A stretch of 64,000 nt of DNA from Planctomycetota bacterium (GTDB lineage Bacteria > Planctomycetota > Planctomycetia > Pirellulales > Lacipirellulaceae), in the NCBI GenBank assembly GCA_039190745.1, contig JBCCXZ010000001.1, positions 1 through 64,000 of the forward strand, written 5' to 3'. Both the position numbers and the translations under genes were made by a program. The notes below the pieces were generated by a model, which made no database searches, was not told where the DNA came from, and saw only the letters and a program-made list of their open reading frames with translations. Positions 1-10,666 of the stretch are shown in pieces. How positions within the stretch are numbered: the first letter of the stretch is position 1; every line of letters starts with the position of its first letter.

Positions 1-67
<67 letters not shown>

Positions 68-119
68 GCTCGACAGCCCACGCTTGGTTCATTCGCGACA
101 CCAACAGACGAAACAATAT

Positions 120-2204
120 ATGACTATGCTCATTGTCCGGCTCCCCGACGGGAGCGAACGCCAGTTTTCCGAACCCGTTACTTCGTTTGATGTTGCGGCG
201 GATATTGGTCCAGGTTTGGCCAAGAGCGCTCTTGTGGCGGTGGTCGACGGCGAGATGGCCGACCTCTCCGCACCTTTGCCCACAGAAGGGTCGCTCGATC
301 TGCGGCTGCTGACCAAGCGGGACGCCGAGGCGCTGAACGTCATGCGGCACAGCTGCGCCCATGTCATGGCGCAGGCGGTCATGCGGCTGTTCGACGGCGT
401 GCAGCTCGCTTTTGGTCCCTGGACCGAGACTGGGTTCTATTACGACTTCGAGTGTGAGCGGCCGCTACGGGAAGAGGACTTCCCCGCGATCGAGGCGGAG
501 ATGAAGAAGATCGTCGCCGCAGATGAGCCGTTCGAGCGGATTGACGTTTCGCGTGAGGAGGCGATCGCACTCTGCAGAGAGATGGCGCAACCCCTCAAGG
601 TGGAGCACATCGAGACGGGGCTGGCCGATCAGGAGCGGCTTTCGTTCTACCGCGACGGGGAGTTCTTGGACCTCTGCCGCGGGAAGCACCTGCCGAGCAC
701 GAAGCACATCGGCAAAGCATTCAAGCTGCTGAGCATCGCGGGCGCTTACTGGAAAGGCGACTCGTCGAGGCAGCAGTTGCAGCGGATTTATGCGACGGCG
801 TTCTTCGACAAGAAGGAGCTGGCGACCTACCTGAATCGGCTGGAAGAAGCCAAGCGCCGCGACCACCGGGTGTTGGGCAAGAAGCTGCGGTTGTTCGAGA
901 TCGACGATAAGGTTGGGTCGGGCTTAGTGCTCTGGAAGCCGCGGGGCGCGGTCATCAGACAGCAATTGCAGGCCTTCATTACCGAGCACCTCGAGCGGCA
1001 GGGTTACAGCCAGGTGTTCACACCGCACATCGGGCAGCTGGACCTCTACCGGACGAGCGGGCACTTCCCCTATTACCAGGAATCGCAGTTCCCGCCGCTG
1101 GTAGGTCAGGACCAGATGAAGGCGCTGGCGGACGAAGGCGTGAGTTGCGGGGAGCTCTTGAGCCAGCTGCAAGAGGGCGAGATCGATGGCTTCCTGCTGA
1201 GGCCGATGAACTGCCCGCACCACATCCGGATCTTTGCGAGCGAGAAGCGGAGTTACCGCGACCTGCCGGTGCGGCTGTTCGAGTTCGGGACGGTTTATCG
1301 TTGGGAACAATCGGGCGAGCTGGGCGGGATGACCCGGGTGCGGGGCTTCACGCAGGACGACGCCCACCTTTTCGTCACCGAGGAGCAGCTCGCGGACGAA
1401 GTGGCCGGCTGCCTCGACTTGGTGAAGATTGTGCTGACGACCCTTGGCATGCAGAACTACCGCGTGCGGGTTGGCCTGCGTGACCCCGATGGGGATAAGT
1501 ATGTTGGCGACCCGGAGCAGTGGGACCGGGCCGAAGCGGCTTGCAAGGCTGCGGCGGCCGGGCTGGGCGTGGAGTTCAGCGAGGAGCCAGGGGAAGCGGC
1601 CTTCTACGGTCCGAAGATCGATTTCGTGGTCCGCGACGTCATCGGCCGGGAGTGGCAGCTCGGCACCGTGCAGATCGACTACCAGTTGCCGCAGCGGTTC
1701 GACCTCTCCTACACGGGTGCGGACAACAAGCAGCATCGGCCAGTGATGATTCATCGGGCGCCGTTTGGTTCAATGGAGCGGTTCGTGGGTGTGCTGATCG
1801 AGCACTTCGCGGGGGCGTTCCCCTTGTGGCTAGCTCCTGAGCAGGCGCGTGTGCTGACCGTGAGCGAAAAGAGCGAGGCCTACGGCCGGGAAGTGGAGCA
1901 GAAGCTGCGTTCTGCCGGCTTCCGTGTGGAGGGCGACTTCCGGGGGCAGAAGCTGGGGGCCAAGATCCGCGAGGCGCAGCTCGAACTGGTGCCCTACATG
2001 TTAGTGGTGGGGGAGAAGGACGCCGAATCTGGCACCGTCACAGTGCGTGACCGGATCGACGGCGACCAGGGCGCCATGAGCCTAGCCGAGTGTGTGGAGA
2101 AGCTCCGCAAGGAAGTCGACGAGCGGGTGGTCCGCCAGACGGCCCAGGCCGACGACGAGGAGCCCGTAGGCTCGGCGACCAAAGCGAGCGGCGGGGAGTA
2201 CTGA
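120..2204 (+). CDS. thrS: Threonine--tRNA ligase
   Basis: TGS N-terminus (LPDGSER), HSCAH editing motif, [33 protein letters not shown]. Start is ATG 120 or 126; the track start at 84 is a TTG extension. Confidence 0.98.
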   Translation: MTMLIVRLPDGSERQFSEPVTSFDVAADIGPGLAKSALVAVVDGEMADLSAPLPTEGSLDLRLLTKRDAEALNVMRHSCAHVMAQAVMRLFDGVQLAFGPWTETGFYYDFECERPLREEDFPAIEAEMKKIVAADEPFERIDVSREEAIALCREMAQPLKVEHIETGLADQERLSFYRDGEFLDLCRGKHLPSTKHIGKAFKLLSIAGAYWKGDSSRQQLQRIYATAFFDKKELATYLNRLEEAKRRDHRVLGKKLRLFEIDDKVGSGLVLWKPRGAVIRQQLQAFITEHLERQGYSQVFTPHIGQLDLYRTSGHFPYYQESQFPPLVGQDQMKALADEGVSCGELLSQLQEGEIDGFLLRPMNCPHHIRIFASEKRSYRDLPVRLFEFGTVYRWEQSGELGGMTRVRGFTQDDAHLFVTEEQLADEVAGCLDLVKIVLTTLGMQNYRVRVGLRDPDGDKYVGDPEQWDRAEAACKAAAAGLGVEFSEEPGEAAFYGPKIDFVVRDVIGREWQLGTVQIDYQLPQRFDLSYTGADNKQHRPVMIHRAPFGSMERFVGVLIEHFAGAFPLWLAPEQARVLTVSEKSEAYGREVEQKLRSAGFRVEGDFRGQKLGAKIREAQLELVPYMLVVGEKDAESGTVTVRDRIDGDQGAMSLAECVEKLRKEVDERVVRQTAQADDEEPVGSATKASGGEY

Positions 2205-2245
2205 TTCTGCGGACGGTTCCTGCGGTTCGGGTTGGCCCGATCCGG

Positions 2246-2275
2246 TTGACTGCGGGCTTGCGCGTGGTAGATACT
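2246..2275 (+). promoter_or_regulatory. Putative sigma70-type promoter for infC
   Basis: TTGACT at 2246-2251, then TAGATACT at 2268-2275; -10 register is ambiguous. Confidence 0.4.
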
Positions 2276-2362
2276 CTCGGATTGCGGCAGCGTGCGTCGT
2301 CGACGGGTACCCCGGCGGAGCCGTTCCCTTAGGGCCGCGTTTTCACTCCGGAGGTCGAGGCA

Positions 2363-2866
2363 ATCGAAAGAAAACAGCAGCGGATCAACGATCAGATCCG
2401 CGTGACTCCTCTGCGCGTCGTGAGCAACGACGGCGAACAACTGGGCGTGCTTGACAAAGACGACGCCCTCGAGCGGGCCCGCGAAGCGGGTCTCGACCTG
2501 GTGGAGGTGGCTCCGAACGAGAACCCTCCCGTCTGCCGGATTATGGACTTCGGCAAGTTCAAGTACCAGCAGAAGAAGCGGCAGCACAAGGGCCACACGC
2601 ACCAGAGCAAGAACAAAGAGATCCGGCTGCGTCCGAAGATCGGCGAGCACGACTTCGAGACGAAGAAGAACCGCGCCCGCAAGTTCTTGCAGGAGCGGGA
2701 CAAGGTGGTCTGCTCGGTGATCTTTCGCGGCCGCGAGAACGCGCACGTCGACGAGGGTTTTAAGCTCGTGGAGCGCTTGATCGCAGAGCTCGAAGATATC
2801 TCGAAGGTGGAGCAGGCGCCGGCGATGGCGGGGCGGCGGATTGTGCTGATTTTGGCTCCGAAGTAG
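2363..2866 (+). CDS. infC: Translation initiation factor IF-3, non-canonical ATC start
   Basis: GLDLVEVAP...PPVCRIMDFGKFKY, KEIRLRPKIGEHD, FRGRE. The conserved RINDQIR lies upstream of the track GTG at 2402. GGAGGT (2350-2355) is 7 nt before an in-frame ATC at 2363. Confidence 0.95.
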   Translation: MERKQQRINDQIRVTPLRVVSNDGEQLGVLDKDDALERAREAGLDLVEVAPNENPPVCRIMDFGKFKYQQKKRQHKGHTHQSKNKEIRLRPKIGEHDFETKKNRARKFLQERDKVVCSVIFRGRENAHVDEGFKLVERLIAELEDISKVEQAPAMAGRRIVLILAPK

Positions 2867-2880
2867 GACTGTCGTTTTCG

Positions 2881-2908
2881 GAGCCGCCGACGCGGAGGTC
2901 GGCGGCTT
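2881..2908 (+). other. GC-rich hairpin between infC and rpmI
   Basis: gagccgccgac / gtcggcggctt 11-bp stem, loop gcggag, no long U-tract. Confidence 0.55.
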
Positions 2909-3064
2909 GGAACGGCTTGCGGCGAGCTTCGGAGCTCTTTCTCGGGCCTCTTCGCCCCTTTTGCAGGTACGCCTTGGCCGCTATACTGCGAGGCTCGCAT
3001 CGGCGGCTCCGCAGCCTCCGTGCTTTCCCAATTCCGCAGGCAGTGCAGCGTACCGAGGCCCGTT

Positions 3065-3268
3065 ATGCCGAAGATGAAGACCCACAAAGGCACGAAGAAG
3101 CGGTTCCGGCTGACCGCGTCGGGCAAGGCGAAGCACCGTCACTCGGGCACCTCGCACCTCGCGGCGCGGATGAGCCAGAAGCGCAAACGCAATCTGCGCG
3201 GCACCACCGCGACGAACGACACGAACTCGAAGATGATTCGTGAGGCGCTGGCGGGGAACAGCTACTAA
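3065..3268 (+). CDS. rpmI: 50S ribosomal protein L35
   Basis: MPKMKTHKGTKKRFRLTASGK; ATG at 3065. Confidence 0.97.
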   Translation: MPKMKTHKGTKKRFRLTASGKAKHRHSGTSHLAARMSQKRKRNLRGTTATNDTNSKMIREALAGNSY

Positions 3269-3382
3269 GACAGCAGTTGGCCATTAGCTGTTGGTTGTTA
3301 GCTAGACGAGCCTGCCGGGCGAACAACGCTGCCGTTTACGCGGCGGGGCCTGGGCCGGCAAACGACATAAGGGGTTTCTCCG

Positions 3383-3739
3383 ATGAGAACCACCAAGGGC
3401 GCTGCCCGCAACAAGGCGAAGAACCGCCTCTTCAAGAAGACCAAGGGCTACCGCGGCGGCCGGGGCAATCTGCTCCGCACCGCGAAAGAGACCGTCGTGC
3501 GGGCCGAGGCGTACGCCTTCCGCGACCGCCGCGTCCGCAAGCGTGAGTTCCGCAAGTTGTGGATCATCCGCATCAACGCCGCCGCCCGTGAACGCGGCCT
3601 CCGTTACAGCGAGCTGATCAACGGCCTATCGAAGGCCAACGTCGAGCTCGACCGGAAGATGCTGGCCGAGATGGCGGTTTCTGACGCGGCCGCGTTCGAC
3701 GCGGTGGTCGAGAAGGCCCGCGAAGCGCTGGCTGCGTAA
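3383..3739 (+). CDS. rplT: 50S ribosomal protein L20
   Basis: [43 protein letters not shown]. Confidence 0.98.
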   Translation: MRTTKGAARNKAKNRLFKKTKGYRGGRGNLLRTAKETVVRAEAYAFRDRRVRKREFRKLWIIRINAAARERGLRYSELINGLSKANVELDRKMLAEMAVSDAAAFDAVVEKAREALAA

Positions 3740-3768
3740 GGCCCCTGGAAGCCCCGGGTGCCAAAGCG

Positions 3769-4833
3769 ATGGCCCTAGCCGAATTCTTAGCCGAGCTGGA
3801 GAGTCTGGCCGCGGACGCCGAAGGTGCGTTCGCCGCCGCAGCGAACATCGATGCGCTCGAAGAGGCCCGCGTCGAGTTTCTCGGCGCCAAGGCGGGCCGG
3901 CTGAAGGCCGTGCAGAAGGGCATGGGCAAGGTCGACAAGGCCGACAAGCCCGTGGCTGGGCAGAAGCTCAACGGAGTGAAGCAGGCGGTGGAGGCGGCTT
4001 TCGAGGTTGCCCGCGAGCGGCTGGAGGGCGGCGGGGCGTCTGCGGCGGAGCCGATCGACGTCACGCTCCCCGGCAAGCAGGTGCGGCTGGGCCGGCTGCA
4101 CCCGGTCACTCAGACGATCCGGGAGATGAAAGATATCATGGGCCGGCTCGGGTTTTCGGCCGTTGAAGGGCCGGAGATCGAGGACGACTGGCACAACTTC
4201 GAAGCGCTCAATATCCCGCTGTCGCACCCGGCCCGCGACCCGCTGGAAAATTTCTATCTCTCAACCGCTGGCGCCGCAGTGGCGAGCGAGGACGACTCAC
4301 CGCTGCTGCTGCGGAGCCAGACGAGCACGGTGCAGATCCGTGTGATGGAGCGGATGATCGCGGAGGCCCCCGCGGGCGAGCAGCCTCCGGTGCGGATCAT
4401 CTCGCTGGGCCGGGTTTACCGGCCCGACACGGCCGACGCCACGCACTACCCGATGTTCCACCAAATCGAGGGCCTGCTGGTCGACCGCGGCGTAACGATG
4501 GCCGACCTGAAGAGCGTGCTGCGGCTGTTCTGCCAGAGCTACTTCGCGAACTCGGTCGGCGGTGAAGAGGTGCACGTGCGTTTCCGTACCTCGTTCTTCC
4601 CGTTCACCGAGCCGAGCGTCGAGGTGGACATGAACTGGCAGGGCGGCTGGATGGAGATGGGCGGCGCCGGGATGGTCGACCCGAACGTGCTGCGAGCGGT
4701 GGGGTACGACCCCGAGCAGGTTACCGGCTTCGCGTTTGGCCTCGGTGTGGAACGCATCTGCATGCGTCAGCACAACATTGTGGACATCCGGGATTTGTAC
4801 ACGAACGACGTTCGTTTCCTTGAGCAGTTCTGA
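3769..4833 (+). CDS. pheS: Phenylalanine--tRNA ligase alpha subunit
   Basis: [44 protein letters not shown]. Confidence 0.98.
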   Translation: MALAEFLAELESLAADAEGAFAAAANIDALEEARVEFLGAKAGRLKAVQKGMGKVDKADKPVAGQKLNGVKQAVEAAFEVARERLEGGGASAAEPIDVTLPGKQVRLGRLHPVTQTIREMKDIMGRLGFSAVEGPEIEDDWHNFEALNIPLSHPARDPLENFYLSTAGAAVASEDDSPLLLRSQTSTVQIRVMERMIAEAPAGEQPPVRIISLGRVYRPDTADATHYPMFHQIEGLLVDRGVTMADLKSVLRLFCQSYFANSVGGEEVHVRFRTSFFPFTEPSVEVDMNWQGGWMEMGGAGMVDPNVLRAVGYDPEQVTGFAFGLGVERICMRQHNIVDIRDLYTNDVRFLEQF

Positions 4834-4839
4834 GCCAAC

Positions 4840-6855
4840 ATGATTGTTTCCGAGAAGTGGCTCGCGGATTACGTCGACTTGTCGATGCCGCAGGAAGAGC
4901 TGACCGACCGGCTTACCATCTCGGGCCTCAATCTTGAGGGGCTCGAAGAGGTCGGCGGCGACACGGCGATCGATCTCGAAGTAACGAGCAACCGGCCCGA
5001 TTGCCTGGGCCATGTCGGCGTGGCTCGGGAAGTCGCAGTTCTTTTTGGTTCCGAGCTGAAAAAGCCGGACCCGCAGCCCAAAGCAACGGGGGCTGCGATC
5101 GATTCTTTGGCCTCGGTCGAGTTGAAGAGCCCCGAGTTGTGCCCGCGGTACACGGCGCGGCTGATCCGCGGGGTGAAGGTCGGTCCGAGCCCCGAGTGGC
5201 TCGCCGAGCGGCTGCGGACGTTGGGGATCGCGGTGATCAATAACGTGGTGGACATCACGAACTACGTGATGATGGAGTGCGCCCAGCCGCTGCACGCGTT
5301 CGACTACGCGAAGCTCGCCGGCGGGCGGATCGTGGTGCGTGAGTCCAGGCCGGGCGAGAAGTTCACGGCGATCAACCACCAGGAGTACGAACTGGCGGCG
5401 GGCACGTGCGTGATCGCCGACGCGGAGCGGGCGGTTGCGCTCGCCGGCGTGATGGGCGGGGCGGACACCGAGGTGAGCGACGCGACGGTCGATGTGCTGA
5501 TCGAGGCGGCCGACTTCGAGGCGCTCTCGGTACGGCGGACGGCAAGGCGTCTGAACCTGCACAGCCCGTCGTCGTACCGGTTCGAGCGTGGCGTGGACCC
5601 CGAGGGCATCGACTGGGCGAGCCGGCGTTGCTGCGAGCTGATCCTGGAACTAGCCGGCGGCGAGCTGGCCGAGGGTGTGTTGGATGAAGGCTCCGAGCCG
5701 GCAGGACGCGATCCGATCAAGCTGCGTTTCCCTGAGATCGAGCGGGTGCTCGGCATTTCGGTGCCCAAAAAGAAGGTGCGGAAGATCCTCACCGACCTCG
5801 GGTGCGAGGAGACCCACGAGTGCGACCACTCCGTGAAGGCGGTCCCGCCGAGCTGGCGGGCGGACCTGACGCGGGAGATCGACCTGGTGGAAGAGGTGGC
5901 CCGCATCCATGGGTACGATCAGATCCCCGAGGACGCCGGCGTGCGGATGGTCACGTCCTCCCGCAGCCAGGAAGACCGCGTGCTGGACGAGGTGCGGGGG
6001 GTGATGGTCGCCGGCGGGTTCTGCGAGGCGATGACCATCAGCACGGTCGAGCCGGAGTGGGTTGGGGTCTTCCGCGGCTGGAGCTCGGCCGATCCGTTGG
6101 CGACGAGCACGTCGGTGCTGCGGCGGGCGAACTGCCTGCGGCAGAGCCTGCTGCCGAGCTTGCTCGCGGCGCGGCGGACGAATGAAACGTTGTCGAACCG
6201 CGCGATCGAACTCTTCGAGGTGGCAAAGGTTTATCTCCCGGAGGCGTCGGGACTGCCGGCGGAGAAGCGGATGCTGGGTGTCACCAGCGGCGGCGGGTTG
6301 CTGGAGCTGAAGGGCTTGGTTGAGGCGCTGGTCGCCCGGCTGGCGCCGGCGGAGCCGCTAAGTTTTGAGCCGCACGAGGATCCGTTGTTCGCGCCCGGGC
6401 GTGGTGCAAAGGTTTTGCTCGGCGGCGAGCTCGTAGGTTACCTCGGCCAAGTAGCAAGCGGAGCGCTCGATACTTTCGAGCTGCGTGGCGAGACGAGCGT
6501 TGCAGAGATCGACCTTGGGCCATTAGTCGAGCGGGCCCGGCTAACGCGGACGGCCGATCGGCTGTCGCCCTACCCGCCGGTGACGCGGGACCTGAATGTG
6601 GTGTTCGACGAGTCGGCGGCCTGGAGCGACGTGGAGCGGATCGTAGTCGCCGAGGGCGGTGAGCTGATCGAGTCGGTCGACTTCCAGGAAGAGTGGCGGG
6701 ACGCGGAGAAGCTCGGCGCCGGCAAGAAGAGTCTGCTGTTCTCGGTGCAGCTGCGTTCGATCGAGGGCACGCTCACCGGTGAGCGTTGCGACGGCGTGCG
6801 GGACGCGATCGTGTCGGCGCTGGGCAAGCAGCTCGGCGGCGAGCTGCGGGCTTGA
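4840..6855 (+). CDS. pheT: Phenylalanine--tRNA ligase beta subunit (short form, 671 aa)
   Basis: TSNRPDCLGH, NNVVDITNYVM, SYRFERGVD, PSWRADL..EIDLVEEVARIHGY, FDX-ACB C-terminus; follows pheS. Confidence 0.97.
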   Translation: MIVSEKWLADYVDLSMPQEELTDRLTISGLNLEGLEEVGGDTAIDLEVTSNRPDCLGHVGVAREVAVLFGSELKKPDPQPKATGAAIDSLASVELKSPELCPRYTARLIRGVKVGPSPEWLAERLRTLGIAVINNVVDITNYVMMECAQPLHAFDYAKLAGGRIVVRESRPGEKFTAINHQEYELAAGTCVIADAERAVALAGVMGGADTEVSDATVDVLIEAADFEALSVRRTARRLNLHSPSSYRFERGVDPEGIDWASRRCCELILELAGGELAEGVLDEGSEPAGRDPIKLRFPEIERVLGISVPKKKVRKILTDLGCEETHECDHSVKAVPPSWRADLTREIDLVEEVARIHGYDQIPEDAGVRMVTSSRSQEDRVLDEVRGVMVAGGFCEAMTISTVEPEWVGVFRGWSSADPLATSTSVLRRANCLRQSLLPSLLAARRTNETLSNRAIELFEVAKVYLPEASGLPAEKRMLGVTSGGGLLELKGLVEALVARLAPAEPLSFEPHEDPLFAPGRGAKVLLGGELVGYLGQVASGALDTFELRGETSVAEIDLGPLVERARLTRTADRLSPYPPVTRDLNVVFDESAAWSDVERIVVAEGGELIESVDFQEEWRDAEKLGAGKKSLLFSVQLRSIEGTLTGERCDGVRDAIVSALGKQLGGELRA

Positions 6856-6897
6856 TTGCCGATTGCGTGCGGCTGCCGCTCGCGGGATGATCGGTGG

Positions 6898-8520
6898 ATG
6901 GCCGAGCCGATTCCGCAGACGATCCCCGCGTTTCTTGCGGCCGCGGCTTCTGACCGGGATCGGCCTGCGTTGGCCGCAGTCGAGTCCGGGCAACTCGTGT
7001 GGCGGTCTTGGGGGCAGGTGCTCTTAGATGTGCGCCGTGTGGCTGGTGGGATAGCCGCCCGGGACATTCAGCCTGGCGATCGTGTCGCGCAGACGGCCCC
7101 CAACTGCTACGGCTGGGTGATTGCCGACTTGGCGATTTTGTCGCTCGGCGCGGTTCATGTGCCGCTTCATGCGTCTTCAACCAATGAGCAGATCCGGCAG
7201 CAGATAGAGCACAGCGGCGCGAAGCTGTTGCTGACGGATGATTCGGCGGGCCAGCGCGATCTTGCTGTTCCCCGGCTCAGCCACGGGGAACTGTTCCACG
7301 GCTCTTCGACGTCGACTGCGGCGTTGGGCGATGGGCTGGGGCCCGACTCGCTTGCGACGATCCTCTACACCTCCGGCACGACGGGCGAGCCGCGGGGTGT
7401 GATGCTCACGCATAGCAACCTGGTCAGCAACGCGGTGGCGTTGGTCGAGGCCGTGGCGACAGGCAGCAACGAGGTGCGTCTCTGTTTGCTGCCGCTCTCG
7501 CACATCTACGCGCGGACGTGCGACCTTTACACGTGGCTGGTTCGCGGCTCGCGGCTGGTGCTGGCGGAGAGCCGGGACACGATCTTGCGCGACTGCCAAC
7601 TCGTGCGGCCGACGGCGATCAACGCGGTGCCCTACTTCTATCAGAAGGTGGCGCAGCGTTTGGAATCTGCTGGCAAGGCCGAGTGCCTGGGGGCGCTGCG
7701 TGAGGCGCTCGGCGGCGAACTGAAGCGGTGCTTCTGCGGCGGGGCCGCGGTAGCCCCGGAGACCGAAGCCCTCTTCGAGCGGCAGGGGCTGCCGGTGCTG
7801 TCGGGTTACGGGCTGACAGAGGCTTCGCCAGTGGTGACGGCTAGCGGGCCGGAGGATTACGCAGCGGGCTCGGTCGGTCGGCCGTTGCCCGGCGCCGAGG
7901 TGAGGGTTGCCGGGGATGGGGAGCTGCTCGTGCGGGGGCCGGGAGTGATGCGGGGCTATTGGCGTGACGAGCCGGCCACGTCAGCGGCCTTGGCGAACGG
8001 TTGGCTTCACACGGGCGATCTGGGGCGTTTGGACGACGCGGGGCGGCTGTTCATCACTGGGCGGAAGAAGGAAATCATCGTGCTGTCGACGGGGAAGAAC
8101 GTCGACCCCGCGCGGGTTGAGGCGCTGCTGTGCGGCAGCCGGTGGGTGGAGCAGGCTTTGGTGGTCGGCGACGGCCGGAAGTGCTTGGGCGCACTTATCG
8201 TGCCGAACCCTGAAGCGTTGCGTGCCGAGATCCGCCGCCGGCGATTGTGGGTGTGGTCGAAGCGTCGTGCGGTGACTCACCCTCGGGTGGTAGAGCTCTA
8301 CCGAGAGGAAATCGACCGCTGCCTGGCGTCGGCGGCGCCGGAAGAACGGGTGGGGCCGTTCCGGCTTTTGGCGCGGGGTTTCACGCCGGAGCTGGGGGAA
8401 TTGACGCCGAAGCTGAGCCTCCGCCGCGGGGTGCTGACTGAGCACTTTGGCATTGAGATCGCGGAGTTATTCGACGGAAAAGCCGGCCGACCGGCGCCAC
8501 CGGACCCTCCTCCGGCCTAG
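6898..8520 (+). CDS. Long-chain fatty acid--CoA ligase (AMP-dependent synthetase)
   Basis: YTSGTTGEPRGV, GYGLTEASPV, HTGDLG, GRKKE, ELTPKL; ATG at 6898. Confidence 0.9.
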   Translation: MAEPIPQTIPAFLAAAASDRDRPALAAVESGQLVWRSWGQVLLDVRRVAGGIAARDIQPGDRVAQTAPNCYGWVIADLAILSLGAVHVPLHASSTNEQIRQQIEHSGAKLLLTDDSAGQRDLAVPRLSHGELFHGSSTSTAALGDGLGPDSLATILYTSGTTGEPRGVMLTHSNLVSNAVALVEAVATGSNEVRLCLLPLSHIYARTCDLYTWLVRGSRLVLAESRDTILRDCQLVRPTAINAVPYFYQKVAQRLESAGKAECLGALREALGGELKRCFCGGAAVAPETEALFERQGLPVLSGYGLTEASPVVTASGPEDYAAGSVGRPLPGAEVRVAGDGELLVRGPGVMRGYWRDEPATSAALANGWLHTGDLGRLDDAGRLFITGRKKEIIVLSTGKNVDPARVEALLCGSRWVEQALVVGDGRKCLGALIVPNPEALRAEIRRRRLWVWSKRRAVTHPRVVELYREEIDRCLASAAPEERVGPFRLLARGFTPELGELTPKLSLRRGVLTEHFGIEIAELFDGKAGRPAPPDPPPA

Positions 8521-8651
8521 TCGTTTGCCGGTCTGCGATCCGTAAGCTACTTTTCGGTTAGAGGGCCGGTGCCCCTCCGTCTCATCCTGCCGCACCGATG
8601 GCCGCCGCACTTCCTGCCCGCGGTAGGCCGCTCGTTTTCTACGAGACCGAT

Positions 8652-10076
8652 ATGCAAGCAGTTGAAACACCCGATGCCGGTGTCGACCGCGCTTCCGCGA
8701 CCGCGGCTTCGCTGAGCGAACTGCGCGGCCGGGTGGACGGGGCGCTCGCCAACTACCGGCAACGCTTGGTCGATGTGCAGACGCAGTTTGGTCAGCACAT
8801 GTACCAGGCGACGCAGCAGCACGGCCAAGAGCTGAAGGAACTGAGCGACTCGGCCAATGCGAAAGATCAGGAAATCGGCCAATTGCGGCTTAGCCTGGCC
8901 GAAGCGGAGTCGCGTCTGGGGCCGCTGCGTGGAGAGTTGGAGACGGCCCGGCTGCGTGTGCAGGAACTAGAGGAGGGCGCAGGGGACGAATCGGCCCAGG
9001 TCCAGCGGTTGACGAACGAGCTGGCCGCAGCGCGGGCGGATATCGTCGCGGCCCAGGAAGCGCCTTGCGCGGAGTGCGAGGCGCACTCCGCCGAACTGAA
9101 CGAAGCCCGGTCGAGCCTGGCGGCAACCCACGCGGACCTTGATCAACTCCGCGGAAAGAACGAGGAGATCTGCCAGTCGCTCACCGAGCTGCAAGGCCAG
9201 GTGAAGAGCCAGGCGGAGATCGACGCGCTGCTGGCCGACGCGGAGAAGAAGTTTGAGATCGCGCTGGCCGACGTCGACCGGCTGAAGCAAGACAACGAAC
9301 GGCTGAAGGAGGAGCTGGCCCTGCGGCCCGAGCCGGACGAGGGGCAGGCCCAGGAGGTGGTGGCCCTCAAGGCGGAGCGGGACGGCCTCGCCGAGCAGGT
9401 GCGTGATCTGAAGGCTTCGGCGATCGAGCAGGTCGGCGGCGGCGAGGAGCTGGAAGACCTGCAGCGGCGGTTCGAGATGGCGGTCGACGAGGTCCGGGAA
9501 CTGAAGGCGGAGAACGAGCAGCTCCGTGCCCAGCCGGCAACCAGCGCCGCCGGTGCCCCGATGGACATGCCCGCGGGGGATGACTGGGAGGCCCAGAAGG
9601 CCCGCTTGTTGGCATCGCTCTCCGGGGAGGACGAGTCGTCGGCCACCCCCGAGCGGCTGCAGGAGCGGGCACGGATCGAGGAGACGATCGCGAACACAGA
9701 CCGGGTGGTCGCCGAGCGCGACAGGGAGATCGAGGAGCTGCGGCAGCGCTTAGATAACCCCGGGCAGGCCGCGGACGCGGCACAGCAAGAAGCGCGTGAA
9801 GCGATCCTGGACGAGAACGAGGTGATTGAGGAAGAGAAGGCCCGGCTGGAGGAGCTGCAGGAGGAGCTCAAGAAGATGCTGCGTGAAGCCGAGCTGGAGA
9901 TCTCAGTGGAGAAGGCAAAGCTCTCTCGCGAGAAGGCGGCCCTGGACGAGCGGCTGTCGCAGGCCGAGAGCGGCACCGGGCCCGAGCCGGCCGGCGACGG
10001 CGCCGGCAAGCCGAAACGCCGTTGGCTCTCGGCTCTAGGGATGGGGGACGAGGATTGCGAGGGCGAGGAAGCGTAG
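8652..10076 (+). CDS. Acidic long coiled-coil protein of unknown function
   Basis: E/L/A/Q-rich heptad pattern over ~400 aa with genome-typical codon usage; start 8652 or 8598. Confidence 0.8.
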   Translation: MQAVETPDAGVDRASATAASLSELRGRVDGALANYRQRLVDVQTQFGQHMYQATQQHGQELKELSDSANAKDQEIGQLRLSLAEAESRLGPLRGELETARLRVQELEEGAGDESAQVQRLTNELAAARADIVAAQEAPCAECEAHSAELNEARSSLAATHADLDQLRGKNEEICQSLTELQGQVKSQAEIDALLADAEKKFEIALADVDRLKQDNERLKEELALRPEPDEGQAQEVVALKAERDGLAEQVRDLKASAIEQVGGGEELEDLQRRFEMAVDEVRELKAENEQLRAQPATSAAGAPMDMPAGDDWEAQKARLLASLSGEDESSATPERLQERARIEETIANTDRVVAERDREIEELRQRLDNPGQAADAAQQEAREAILDENEVIEEEKARLEELQEELKKMLREAELEISVEKAKLSREKAALDERLSQAESGTGPEPAGDGAGKPKRRWLSALGMGDEDCEGEEA

Positions 10077-10094
10077 CTCTTTCGCCGGCCGCAT

Positions 10095-10622
10095 TTAGCG
10101 GACGCTGACCGCGTCCATCTGGTAGATCGCGAGGTGCGTGCCGTCGGGGCCGAGCATCTCTTCGTAACGGAAGTTGCCCTCGACGGCGACGGGGCGGATC
10201 GAATACTCGGCGGTCTCGCCGTCGACCATGGTGACGAGGATGCAGTCGTAGAGGGCGGCGCCGGGGCCGAAGCAGCACTCGAGGTTGTCGCGCACGAGGA
10301 CGAACTGCTTGATGCCCTTCTGCTTGAGCGTGGGGTAGATGTAGCCGCGGATGCGGATGTCTTGGCCGAACCGCTCCTTGACTTGCGGCGTGAGCAGTTC
10401 TTTTGTGTAGGGCTGGGCCGGGTCTTGCTCGAACTTGATATCGTCGAACGTGGTTTCTTGGAAGCCGCCCGATCGGGCGGTGCGCCGGACCTTCGGCGTG
10501 CCGGCGGGGGCGGTTGCGGAGGCTCCGGGCCCGGACGCGGCGTTGCTCCCGCCGCAGCCACTTAGCAACGGACCGGTTAGCACGGCCGTGGTCAGCAACA
10601 AGGCTTGGGCCGATCGGGGCAT
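10095..10622 (-). CDS. DUF3299-like lipoprotein
   Basis: Lipobox LSGC; IRIRGYIYP...FVLVRDNLECCFG; C-terminal IYQMDA. Confidence 0.75.
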   Translation of the reverse strand: MPRSAQALLLTTAVLTGPLLSGCGGSNAASGPGASATAPAGTPKVRRTARSGGFQETTFDDIKFEQDPAQPYTKELLTPQVKERFGQDIRIRGYIYPTLKQKGIKQFVLVRDNLECCFGPGAALYDCILVTMVDGETAEYSIRPVAVEGNFRYEEMLGPDGTHLAIYQMDAVSVR

Positions 10623-10666
10623 AGCAACGGTCGACGGGTTGGCGGCTTGGGAGGGAGTCTAACAGC

